Source of the DNA: an uncultured beta proteobacterium
Lineage (GTDB): Bacteria > Pseudomonadota > Gammaproteobacteria > Burkholderiales > Burkholderiaceae
Reading direction: 5' to 3'
Length of the DNA: 64,000 nt
NCBI GenBank assembly: GCA_903821995.1
Contig: CAIJNI010000085.1
Span: 25,588-89,587 of the forward strand
Part shown: positions 50,475 to 59,201 of the stretch, piece after piece
Numbering within the stretch: position 1 is the stretch's first letter
Layout: the number at the start of each line of letters is the position of its first letter
Translations under genes and position numbers: made by a program
Notes under the pieces: model-generated
Told to the model about the DNA's origin: nothing
Databases searched by the model: none
What the model saw: only the letters and a program-made list of their open reading frames with translations

Positions 50475-51944
50475 TTAAGTTTTCGAGTTAAACCACTCAA
50501 TTCGCTTTTTCGTAATGTCATCAAAGGAATTGAGTAAGGATAGCTTGCTTGGGTTAGATAAGGCCTCATCGATAGGTTTTGCTAACACTTTACCTAGTTC
50601 GACACCGGGTTGGTCAAAAGAATTTAAACCATATAAAACACCCAAACAAAAAGTACGGTGCTCATAAAGCGCCATTAAAGATCCTAAATTAAAAGCATCT
50701 AAACGAGGTAGCCAAATTAAATTACTTGGACGCATTCCCGGATATTTTTCATTCAGGTTGTTATCGGAGTTATTTGATGGTTTTCCTAAAGCAAGGGCTT
50801 GCGATTGAGCTAAACAATTCGCGATCAGCATACGGTGATGTATTTTGGCTTGCGGTAAATCACTCATAGGTTCTCGAATTGCAATAAAGTCTACAGGGAT
50901 AATTTCGGGGCCTTGATGGAGCATTTGAAAAAAAGAATGTTGGGCATTGGTACCTGGTGTGCCAAAAATGACTGGCGCACTTATAGTTGTAGAGTGATTA
51001 TCTAAAGTCGCCGTCTTTCCATTACTTTCCATTTCAAGCTGTTGAAGCCACTCAGTAAATAATTGTAGGCGGTGCGCGTAAGGAATAATTGCTTGTGACT
51101 TTGATCCGAAGCGAATTTGATTGTGGTAGGTAGTCAGAGCAAGTTTAAGAGGTTGATTATTGATGGGCTCGGCAGTCTTAAAATGATGGTCCATGGCATA
51201 GGCACCAGCTAAGAACTCCTGGAAAACTTTAAAGCCAAACTTAAGAGCAATGGACAGTCCTACTGCAGACCAGACAGAAAATCGTCCGCCAACCCAATCC
51301 CAAAAAGGCAAAATATTTTCTGGGGAAACCCCAAATGTAATCGCTTGCTGTGGATTAGCGGTTACAGCGAAGATGTTATTCTTTATCTCTTGAGCTAAGA
51401 CTCCTTGGTTACTTAGCCAATCTAAGACAGTAGTTGCATTTTGGATCGTTTCGAGAGTTGTGAACGCTTTAGAAACAATAATGATCCGAGTTGATTTGGC
51501 CTCTACTGTTTTGAGAATGGGCTCAAGTTGTGCGCTATCTAAATTGCTCAAAAAATGGATACGAATATTTCTATTTTCTTTGTGAGGTTTTTGTAGTAAT
51601 GCATCACACACAAGTTTTGGGCCAAAGTCTGAACCACCAATACCGATATGAATAATATCGGTAACTCCTCGGAGTTGATTATCGATCCTCTCAATCGAGT
51701 GCCATATCGCCTCGATTTGAGGCATGATATTAATGCCATTAACAAGGACTGGTGAATTGCTGATATTTCTTAGGGCAGTATGAAGAGCAGGGCGTTTTTC
51801 GCTGACATTAATTTCATTTCCTGAAAAAAGTTCGTGACGCTTTGTAAGAACTCCAGAGGAAATTGCTTTCTCAAAAAGTGCTTGCCAAGTTGTATCTGAA
51901 ATACCTTGATATTCAGTATCAATAGAAATTTGATTTAATTTCAA
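50475..51944 (-). CDS. pgi: Glucose-6-phosphate isomerase
   Basis: IGIGGS, SKAFTT.ET, VGGRFS, QQLEMESNGK, GTNAQH, FDQPGVELGK; TTG start, so the N-terminus is approximate. Confidence 0.93.
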   Translation of the reverse strand: MKLNQISIDTEYQGISDTTWQALFEKAISSGVLTKRHELFSGNEINVSEKRPALHTALRNISNSPVLVNGINIMPQIEAIWHSIERIDNQLRGVTDIIHIGIGGSDFGPKLVCDALLQKPHKENRNIRIHFLSNLDSAQLEPILKTVEAKSTRIIIVSKAFTTLETIQNATTVLDWLSNQGVLAQEIKNNIFAVTANPQQAITFGVSPENILPFWDWVGGRFSVWSAVGLSIALKFGFKVFQEFLAGAYAMDHHFKTAEPINNQPLKLALTTYHNQIRFGSKSQAIIPYAHRLQLFTEWLQQLEMESNGKTATLDNHSTTISAPVIFGTPGTNAQHSFFQMLHQGPEIIPVDFIAIREPMSDLPQAKIHHRMLIANCLAQSQALALGKPSNNSDNNLNEKYPGMRPSNLIWLPRLDAFNLGSLMALYEHRTFCLGVLYGLNSFDQPGVELGKVLAKPIDEALSNPSKLSLLNSFDDITKKRIEWFNSKT

Positions 51945-52266
51945 AAAATATCCCTTAAAGTATTTGATCTCAATTTTAGCAAGAAACCAGCAAGAAATCC
52001 CTTGCCTTAAGGAGGAGTCGAACCTTTACAAGATAAGTTTTAAAGCAAGGCAAGATGGTTGACAAATACGGATAGATGTTAGATGACGTCGATTTGTGAT
52101 TAAACATTAGATTACACACGAGATGTGCTCATTTTCTGATGAAGGTTAAAAGCCATGAAGAGTCAACTATTGATTTTTATTTTACACATAAATCATTGTT
52201 TTATATGTATTTTTAATTACTAATGGATGTTGTATTTGTCCGATATTTGTATATAAATTAAGGACT

Positions 52267-52503
52267 ATGAAAGCACTAGTCAAGACAAAAATCCCTCTCA
52301 ATGCGCTGATTGCTCTGCGCATTAGCCGTAGCCCAGCCGATAAGGTTTGGACAGCGAAGGATTGTCTCGATCTGGAGTCGCAACGTAGCCGAGACTTTGA
52401 GGCATCAATTGAGGATGAGGAACGTCATAGAAGAACCCCTGTCACCGCACCTGAAGCCAAGCTCAGGAACTTGCTGCTCACTAGGGAAAGGAACGAGGAA
52501 TAA
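52267..52503 (+). CDS. Orphan hypothetical protein (78 aa)
   Basis: ATG with AAGGA RBS, stop at 52503; no recognisable motif; visibly more GC-rich than its flanks. Confidence 0.4.
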   Translation: MKALVKTKIPLNALIALRISRSPADKVWTAKDCLDLESQRSRDFEASIEDEERHRRTPVTAPEAKLRNLLLTRERNEE

Positions 52504-52572
52504 CAGTTGTATGGTGAAATTGGGGGGAAATTAAGCGGATTTTGCAAAAACCCCACATCAGTTCATGACTAT

Positions 52573-52662
52573 TGGCGGAAGCTGTGAGATTCGAACTCAC
52601 GGAAGGCTTTCACCTTCACCAGTTTTCAAGACTGGTGCATTCAACCGCTCTGCCAAGCTTCC
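52573..52662 (-). tRNA. tRNA-Ser (anticodon TGA), 90 nt with long variable arm
   Basis: Reverse complement GGAAGCTTGGCAGAGCGGTTGAATGCA-CCAGT-CTTGAAA-ACTGG-TGAAGGTGAAAGCCTTCC-GTGAG-TTCGAAT-CTCAC-AGCTTCC-GCCA folds into a class II cloverleaf with encoded CCA. Confidence 0.97.
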
Positions 52663-52871
52663 TCAATTGAAAAAAGATTATATCCTTTAAATGAGTGAAT
52701 TGCCAATTTTGGAAATAAAGGGCATTTTGGCCTATAGTCAATATTTGATTCACCATAATTGGAGCATCTAGTAATTTTTTATGTTTACTGGGCTACTCTA
52801 GAAATAAAATTGACAGATGATAGATATTCAATATACTTTCTGAATTAAATAAAAATTCTAAAGGGGCATGT

Positions 52872-53231
52872 GTGCGAATAACACAAACCATCACAAAGGG
52901 AATGGGACTATGGACCCTTCTTCAATTTGCCTCATTCTCAGCCTTATCTACAGACTTCATCTCAGCGCAACTTGCTGCCTCATGCACTGGTTGCCATAGT
53001 CCATCCATAACTTCATTCTCATCTTCAAAAAATTCAATAATTCCAAATTTAACTGGCATGCCGAGTGCGTATATTGTTAAAGTAATGCAGGAGTATCAAA
53101 AAGGGGAGCGACAGGCGACGCTGATGCATCAAATTAGTAAAGGCTATACAGAAGAAGAAATATCCCAAATTGCACAGTATTTTTCAACATTGAACCCAGC
53201 TACTCCTTTCAAAAAAGGTATAGCGCCATGA
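52872..53231 (+). CDS. Monoheme class I cytochrome c, putative partner subunit of flavocytochrome c sulfide dehydrogenase
   Basis: CTGCH, P.LTG, R...LMHQIS; ATGA overlap with fccB. The start may be GTG 52872 or a slightly later ATG. Confidence 0.82.
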   Translation: MRITQTITKGMGLWTLLQFASFSALSTDFISAQLAASCTGCHSPSITSFSSSKNSIIPNLTGMPSAYIVKVMQEYQKGERQATLMHQISKGYTEEEISQIAQYFSTLNPATPFKKGIAP

Positions 53232-54505
53232 CGCCACGTCGCAATTTTCTTCATTTGATCTCTGGAATAGGTGTCTTAGCCTATGGTGGGCATCAAGTAT
53301 TCGGCCAATCGAGTCCATTCAAAGCAAAAGTCATCGTTGTTGGTGGTGGCTTTGGAGGGGCGACAGCTGCTAAATACTTAAAAATATTCTCTAACGGAAA
53401 AATAGACGTTACATTAATCGAACCTAATCAACATTTTATTTCGTGTCCAATGTCTAATTTGGTAATCTCTGGGGACAAAAGTATTACAGATATCACTTTT
53501 GGATATGAGCAGTTAGTTAAAAAATATGGTGTTCATTTGATTCATGCCAAAGTAGAACAAATTGATTCTCAGAAAAGAGTGGTTGCTCTCTCTAATGGTA
53601 AGAAACTGAACTATGATCGGCTGGTCTTATCACCGGGAGTTGATTTTCTATTTGAGAAAATTGCGGGATTGGATGAGGATGCTCAAAAAGTAGCCTTACA
53701 TGCATGGAAAGCCGGCCCTCAAACCCTCGCTTTAAAGGCTCAATTAGAGGCAATGCCTGATGGAGGGGTTTATGGAATTTCAATTCCGCTTGCGCCTTAT
53801 CGTTGCCCACCTGGGCCCTATGAGCGTGCTACTTTGATTGCAAACTATTTTAAGCAATTTAAGCCACGCAGCAAAGTGTTGATACTCGATGCCAATCAGG
53901 ATGTTACATCCAAAGGACCTTTATTTAAGAAGATTTGGGCAACGCGTTTTAAAGAGTTGATTGAATATCGAGGATTACATCAAATTGAATCAGTTGATAT
54001 TAAAAACAAGACAATACAATTTGAGGCGCAAGGAGAATTAAAATTAAATATTGTAAATATTTTACCCCCGATGCAGGCGGGTAAAATTGCCGTGGATACA
54101 GGATTGATAAAGCCAAATCAACGCTGGTGTGAAGTCGATTTTCTTACATTTGAGTCCAGGGTGGTTCCTAATATTCATGTGATAGGAGATGCGATTCAGA
54201 ATGCCCAACTGATGCCTAAGTCAGGGCATATGGCAAACCAGCATGGCAAAGTGTGTGCATCAGCAGTGGTTGCGTTATTAAGTGATCATGAGGTTAACCC
54301 GGCACCTATATACAACAATACTTGTTATAGTTTTGTTTCTAAAAATGAAGCAATTCATGTAGCGAGTGTGCATCGCTATGACGCCATTCAAAAAACAATG
54401 TTGCCTGTTCAAGGCGCTGGAGGATTATCTGTTGAAGCAAACGAGCTAGAAGGACTTTATGCGAACTCTTGGGCTAACAATATTTGGTCAGATTTCTTAG
54501 CCTAA
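53228..54505 (+). CDS. fccB: Flavocytochrome c sulfide dehydrogenase flavoprotein subunit (FccB/SoxF)
   Basis: Tat signal RRNFL, GGGFGG, FISCPMSN, YRCPPGPYER, MPKSG..AN, NTCYS. Confidence 0.9.
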   Translation: MTPRRNFLHLISGIGVLAYGGHQVFGQSSPFKAKVIVVGGGFGGATAAKYLKIFSNGKIDVTLIEPNQHFISCPMSNLVISGDKSITDITFGYEQLVKKYGVHLIHAKVEQIDSQKRVVALSNGKKLNYDRLVLSPGVDFLFEKIAGLDEDAQKVALHAWKAGPQTLALKAQLEAMPDGGVYGISIPLAPYRCPPGPYERATLIANYFKQFKPRSKVLILDANQDVTSKGPLFKKIWATRFKELIEYRGLHQIESVDIKNKTIQFEAQGELKLNIVNILPPMQAGKIAVDTGLIKPNQRWCEVDFLTFESRVVPNIHVIGDAIQNAQLMPKSGHMANQHGKVCASAVVALLSDHEVNPAPIYNNTCYSFVSKNEAIHVASVHRYDAIQKTMLPVQGAGGLSVEANELEGLYANSWANNIWSDFLA

Positions 54506-54506
54506 G

Positions 54507-54872
54507 ATGAAATTAAAATTTATATTTTTGGTATATCTATTACAAATATTGAGTATCAATGTTTTTGCACAAGAAAGTGATGTTAAAACTTTGATTAGAT
54601 CTCCGCTATTAGGTAACTGTATTACTTGCCACCAATTTCCTGGTGAAGCTGGTAAGCAGGGTAACTTTGCTCCTAGTTTGATTGGAGTTGGTAAAAAATA
54701 TAATTTAGATCAACTCAAACAATGGATTTCAGATGCTAGAGTTTTAAATCCTAATACATTGATGCCCCCTTTTGGCTCGATTAATGGGTTAAGTCAACCC
54801 ATGGTCAATCAACCCGTATTAACAATTGAACAAATTAATAAAATTGCCCTAGAATTGAAAACTTATAACTAA
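54507..54872 (+). CDS. soxX: SoxX-like cytochrome c
   Basis: GNCITCH, GNFAPSL, NPNTLMPPF (Met ligand); first gene of the soxXYZA order. Confidence 0.82.
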   Translation: MKLKFIFLVYLLQILSINVFAQESDVKTLIRSPLLGNCITCHQFPGEAGKQGNFAPSLIGVGKKYNLDQLKQWISDARVLNPNTLMPPFGSINGLSQPMVNQPVLTIEQINKIALELKTYN

Positions 54873-54877
54873 ACGCA

Positions 54878-55339
54878 ATGAATACAAATATTCTTTCACT
54901 TCGCCGTCTTCTATTAAAAGCTCCTTTAGTTAGTTTGGCATTGCCGCTATTTTCTGAGATTCGATTTGCACAAGCACAACCTAGCAGTGTTATTGACGCT
55001 AAAGCTGAAATCTTAGGTATATCAGTAACTCTTGCGGGCGTAAAAATTATTTTTCCAGAACTTTCTGACAATGGGAATTCTATACCCATTTCTTTTACAG
55101 TTAATCCGCCGCTGGGGAGATCAATTAATCAAATTGAAATTATTGCTCCCGGTAATCCATATCCTAAGCTTCTTAAGATCAATCCGGGGGTGCATTACTT
55201 GGCCTACCAATTTGCGACAAGAATTCGCCTTGCGACTGCACAAAATGTTTGGGTTATCGCCAAGCTAGATAATGATCAGGTCATTGGTGCATTTGCCCCT
55301 ACTGTACTTACCTCATCTTCATGTTGGGACGGCACATAA
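54878..55339 (+). CDS. soxY: SoxY paralogue (sulfur carrier) with non-canonical C-terminal arm SSSCWDGT
   Basis: Tat-like LRRLLLK, P.L.DNG..IP, NPYP, TRIRLA; lacks the GGCGG terminus. Confidence 0.78.
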   Translation: MNTNILSLRRLLLKAPLVSLALPLFSEIRFAQAQPSSVIDAKAEILGISVTLAGVKIIFPELSDNGNSIPISFTVNPPLGRSINQIEIIAPGNPYPKLLKINPGVHYLAYQFATRIRLATAQNVWVIAKLDNDQVIGAFAPTVLTSSSCWDGT

Positions 55340-55683
55340 TGGCAACTCTTGAGAATATGATTAATAGGACTCGGATCACTGTGTCTGAGTCAAAGCAAGA
55401 TGCAAGCCTGTTGGATGTGAAAATCCTTATTGCACACGTGATGGAGAATGGATATAGGTTAAACGACGATAGTCAGCGTATTCCCGCGCATATTATTACT
55501 GACTTGAGTGTCTCTCTTAATAGTGAGGTTGTTTTTTCATTAAGTATTAGTACAGGTATTGCTGCTAACCCAATTTTTATGTTCCCCATTAAAAAACCAG
55601 AAAGGCCAAGTAAGTTAGCGGTAGCTTGGATAGATGATTTGGGAGAAAAAGGATTTGCAACCAAAGAAATCTTTATTCAATGA
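55339..55683 (+). CDS. soxZ: SoxZ-like sulfur carrier partner
   Basis: VKILIAHVMENG.R, IPAHII, IAANP, WIDD.G; TAATG coupling to soxY gives the start at 55339. Confidence 0.82.
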   Translation: MATLENMINRTRITVSESKQDASLLDVKILIAHVMENGYRLNDDSQRIPAHIITDLSVSLNSEVVFSLSISTGIAANPIFMFPIKKPERPSKLAVAWIDDLGEKGFATKEIFIQ

Positions 55684-56432
55684 AGTGGTTAATCCCCTTT
55701 TTGATAGCTTGCTCTTTATGTTGCCAAGCAGAAGAAAGACAATCTGGTAATTTTTTCTTAAGTCCCGATCTAAGGCAGCTTGGATTTGAAAAAGGAGCAA
55801 ATCCAATTGAAATTTGGATTGATATTGGGCAAGTGCTATGGCGCGATAGCTCTAATGGAAAGAGTTGTGAATCATGTCATGGCGCCATGAGTAACCTTAA
55901 GGATGCTGTGAGATCCTTACCTCAAATCTCTCGAGATGGAACCCGGCTAGAAAATCTTGAGGATAAAATTCTTTTTTATCTCAACGCATCTCGTGAAAAA
56001 AAACTTACGCTAGATAGTGATGAAGTTGTGGCATTGAGTGTTGCTATACAGCAAAATGCCAAAGATTCTGTGATTCAAATGCAACCGCAACTCCAGTCCC
56101 AAAGGGTTTGGAATGAACAATTAAAAGCGGGTACTGATTTGTTTTATCAACGTATGGGGCGTATGAACTTATCCTGCTCCCAATGTCATGATCAAAATAT
56201 AGGAAAAAACTTAAGAGCGGATGTGATTAGTCCTGCTTATCCCACGGGATTTCCGGTCTATCGAATGGCTTGGCAAAAGCCAGGTACGATGGATCGACGC
56301 TTGAGGGCTTGTTATTTTGGAGTTCAAGCAAAGGTGCCAGATGTGGGGGATGCTGAGTTAAGACAATTAGAATTGTTTTTAAAAGTGAGGGCACAAGGGA
56401 TGGTCTTAGATGGCCCCTCTTTAAGAAGATAA
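55680..56432 (+). CDS. soxA: SoxA-like diheme cytochrome c (L-cysteine S-thiosulfotransferase family)
   Basis: CESCH and CSQCH heme motifs, GFPVYR, RLRAC active-site Cys; ATGA overlap with soxZ. Confidence 0.85.
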   Translation: MKWLIPFLIACSLCCQAEERQSGNFFLSPDLRQLGFEKGANPIEIWIDIGQVLWRDSSNGKSCESCHGAMSNLKDAVRSLPQISRDGTRLENLEDKILFYLNASREKKLTLDSDEVVALSVAIQQNAKDSVIQMQPQLQSQRVWNEQLKAGTDLFYQRMGRMNLSCSQCHDQNIGKNLRADVISPAYPTGFPVYRMAWQKPGTMDRRLRACYFGVQAKVPDVGDAELRQLELFLKVRAQGMVLDGPSLRR

Positions 56433-56461
56433 AAAAAGTCCGCTAGTTAAATAGCGGACTT
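56431..56461 (-). terminator. Rho-independent terminator for the iorAB-like transcript (possibly shared with the sox genes)
   Basis: AAGTCCGCTA-N6-TAGCGGACTT stem with a T run on the minus strand. Confidence 0.85.
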
Positions 56462-56490
56462 GATGGGAACTTACTTAAAAATGAATGTAA

Positions 56491-58689
56491 TTAAGCCAAC
56501 TTCAGGCCATGTTTGCGTAATGGCAAATCTCTTTGAGGTTTACCGGTTGCTGCAAAAATTGCATTAAGAATGGCCGGACCTACAACACAAATTGTAGGTT
56601 CTCCAACTCCACCCCAGAAATCATTAGTGGGGACTAAAACGGATTCAACTTTTGGCGTGTGTTTTAATCGCGTCAGTTGGTACTTATCAAAGTTTAACTC
56701 CTCTGCGCGGCCATCTTTAATCGTGATTTCGCCATTAAATATTGCAGACATAGCCATAGCCACAGAACCTTCAATTTGCGCCTTAACCTGAGAAGGATTT
56801 ACCACATGACCAGAATTCAGAGCGAAGTACATTTTATGAACTGTGACTTCACCAGCGGGCGTGACTGAGACCTCTGCAACTGCTGCGGAATAACTGGCAT
56901 AACCCATGAACTGAGCAATACCGCGGTGAACTCCGGGTGGCAATGGTTTTCCCCATTTGGCTTTCTTCGCTACTGCATTGAGCACTCCTAAATGTTTAGG
57001 ATGATTCTTCATTAAGGCCCGACGAAATTCTAAGGAATCTTTACCGGCAGCCTTAGCGCACTCTTCAATAAAGCACTCCATATATATGCCATTTTGATTC
57101 GTATTAACACCCCGCCAAGGTCCAACAGGAACATGCGTATTTTTCATCACATATTCAGTTAGTAAATGAGGGAATGTATAACCTAACTGTGCATCACCTG
57201 CCTCCTCATAAAAACCCTGTAATTGGCGCGTATCTTTATTGTTCTTAATTGCCATTGGACTTAATAAGGCATTAATTGATTGGCCACTGACACGAACATG
57301 AAAGCCGGTGATATTGCCTTGATCATCAAGGCCGGCAGACATTTTTGCAACAGAGATTGGTCGATAGAAATCGTGAGACATATCTTCTTCTCGGCTCCAC
57401 ACCAATTTCACAGCAACGCCTGGAAATTGTTTTGCAATTGCAGCAGCTTGGGTTACATAGTCTTGCGTGCCGCCTCTGCGACCTAAGCCACCTCCAAGAT
57501 CGACTTTATAGATTTCACATTTATCCAATGGCAATCCAGTTGCTTGAGCTAATGAGGCATGGGATGCTTCACCATTTTGGGTTGGGACCCAAGCCTCGGC
57601 CTTATCTGCTGTAACTCTGGCTGTGCAATTCATTGGTTCCATAGTGGCATGCGCTAAAAAGGGAGAGCTGTAGACAGCATCGACTCTTTTAGAAGAAGTT
57701 TTAATAGTATTTAACGCATCCCCTTCTTTACGTTGCCAATAGTCGCCTTCAGCCTCGAGTCCATCTCGTAAAACCTTATCAATTGATTGGCTTGAGACTT
57801 TGGCGTTTGGACCTTCGTCCCAAACAATGGGGAGTGCGTCCAGGGCAACCTTAGCGCGCCACCAAGTATCAGCGACGACTGCAACCGTATGACTATCAAC
57901 TTTAACTACTCCCTTGACTCCGCGCATGGCCATAATTTTGGAGTCGTCAAAGCTTTTGAGGGTTCCACCATAAACTGGACAATCTTTAATCGCAGCACAG
58001 AGCATTCCTGGTAATTGGAGATCAATAGCGAACACTTTTGATCCATCGACCTTGTTGGCAGTATCTAGGCGTTTTAGTCCTTTACCAGCAACTTTCCAAT
58101 TCTCAGGCTTCTTTAGGACAATACTTTTTAAATCAGGTGGTGACAAGAGGGCAGCATCGCTAGCCACTTTGCCATAATTGATCTTTCTACCAGTGTTAGC
58201 ATGAGAAATAATCCCTTTGCTCACAGTGAGTTCTTGGACGGGGACTTTCCATTGGTTTGCGGCTGCTTGTAAAAGCATCATACGTGCTGCGGCGCCACCG
58301 CGCCTCACATAATCCTCTGAAGTCCTTATACCGCGACTACCCCCGGTACCCATTTCTCCCCAAACACGCTTACGGGCATGATTTTGTCCAGGAGTTGGCA
58401 TTTCTGTAGTTACTTTTGACCAGTCGCATTCAAGTTCTTCTGCAACAAGTTGAGCAAGTCCAGTGAGGGTCCCTTGTCCCATTTCAGATCGAGCAATACG
58501 AATGACACAGGTGTCATCTGGTTTGATAACGACCCACGCATTAATTTCTTTGACTGTTCCAGTCATGGTCTGTGCACTGAGGTCAAAGGGAATTGCCATA
58601 CCAAGGACAAACCCACCACCTGCCATTGATGTTTGCACCAGGAAGTTTCGACGGGACGGGCTAGTTACTTTATTTAAAGTTGTTGTCAT
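56491..58689 (-). CDS. Xanthine dehydrogenase family molybdopterin-binding subunit (isoquinoline 1-oxidoreductase beta, IorB-like), Tat-exported
   Basis: Minus strand (track mislabels +). SRRNFL, RSEMGQG, TGGS, HATMEPMN, GGGLGRRG, GPWRGV, GGVGEP. Confidence 0.9.
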   Translation of the reverse strand: MTTTLNKVTSPSRRNFLVQTSMAGGGFVLGMAIPFDLSAQTMTGTVKEINAWVVIKPDDTCVIRIARSEMGQGTLTGLAQLVAEELECDWSKVTTEMPTPGQNHARKRVWGEMGTGGSRGIRTSEDYVRRGGAAARMMLLQAAANQWKVPVQELTVSKGIISHANTGRKINYGKVASDAALLSPPDLKSIVLKKPENWKVAGKGLKRLDTANKVDGSKVFAIDLQLPGMLCAAIKDCPVYGGTLKSFDDSKIMAMRGVKGVVKVDSHTVAVVADTWWRAKVALDALPIVWDEGPNAKVSSQSIDKVLRDGLEAEGDYWQRKEGDALNTIKTSSKRVDAVYSSPFLAHATMEPMNCTARVTADKAEAWVPTQNGEASHASLAQATGLPLDKCEIYKVDLGGGLGRRGGTQDYVTQAAAIAKQFPGVAVKLVWSREEDMSHDFYRPISVAKMSAGLDDQGNITGFHVRVSGQSINALLSPMAIKNNKDTRQLQGFYEEAGDAQLGYTFPHLLTEYVMKNTHVPVGPWRGVNTNQNGIYMECFIEECAKAAGKDSLEFRRALMKNHPKHLGVLNAVAKKAKWGKPLPPGVHRGIAQFMGYASYSAAVAEVSVTPAGEVTVHKMYFALNSGHVVNPSQVKAQIEGSVAMAMSAIFNGEITIKDGRAEELNFDKYQLTRLKHTPKVESVLVPTNDFWGGVGEPTICVVGPAILNAIFAATGKPQRDLPLRKHGLKLA

Positions 58690-58700
58690 AATGATTACCC

Positions 58701-59201
58701 TTAAGCTTTAGATGGAGCATCCATAGATGCGTAATTGGCAAGAACTTCAGTTAACTTCTTTTGCCCAGCTGCTACATGAATAGCATCGCGGATTCGTTGA
58801 TAAGTTCCGCAGCGACAAATATTTCCCATTGCAACATCAATATCGGCATCCGTAGGTTTAGGGATTTTCTTAAGTAATGCAGTGGCAACCATAATTTGCC
58901 CAGATTGGCAGTACCCACACTGTGGCACATCAAGATCGTTCCAAGCCTTTTGAACTGCGGTGGAGGCGTTTTTAGATAAGCCCTCGATCGTAGTGATTTT
59001 TTGCCCTTCGACTGCAGACGCAGGGATAGAGCAAGAACGAATGGGATCGCCATTTAAATAGACTGTGCAAGCTCCACATTGAGCTACTCCGCATCCATAT
59101 TTAGTTCCTGTGAGGCCAACAATTTCACGAATAGCCCACAATAAAGGCATTTCTGGTTCTACATCTATATTATGGTTAGTACCGTTTATATTTAGATTCA
59201 T
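58701..59201 (-). CDS. 2x[2Fe-2S] subunit (IorA/CoxS-like)
   Basis: TKYGCG..QCGAC, QCGYCQ, CRCGTY. Confidence 0.93.
   Translation of the reverse strand: MNLNINGTNHNIDVEPEMPLLWAIREIVGLTGTKYGCGVAQCGACTVYLNGDPIRSCSIPASAVEGQKITTIEGLSKNASTAVQKAWNDLDVPQCGYCQSGQIMVATALLKKIPKPTDADIDVAMGNICRCGTYQRIRDAIHVAAGQKKLTEVLANYASMDAPSKA

Noticed and set aside
52001-52054. Functional ochre-suppressor tRNA (CT-TTA-AA loop)
   Set aside because: No anticodon stem, D-arm or CCA, the T-stem pairs only 3 of 5, and it is too short.
52310-52534. Alternative 74-aa frame over the orphan ORF
   Set aside because: No RBS and a non-ATG start, whereas the 52267 frame has AAGGA-N2-ATG.
52001-52572. Intact prophage or genomic island at tRNA-Ser
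   Set aside because: No integrase and no direct repeat of this tRNA's 3' end (GTGAGTTCGAATCTCAC) seen elsewhere in the window; only a possible scar, reported as a finding.
52573-52662. tRNA-Sec
   Set aside because: The anticodon is TGA (reads UCA, Ser), not TCA, and the acceptor stem is the standard 7 bp.
16841-58689. '+' strand labels in the supplied track for ORFs starting 16841, 18581, 29282, 30292, 32904, 37683, 47022 and 56491
   Set aside because: The listed proteins read only from the reverse complement (CAT at the high coordinate, reverse-strand stop at the low one), so they are reported as minus strand.
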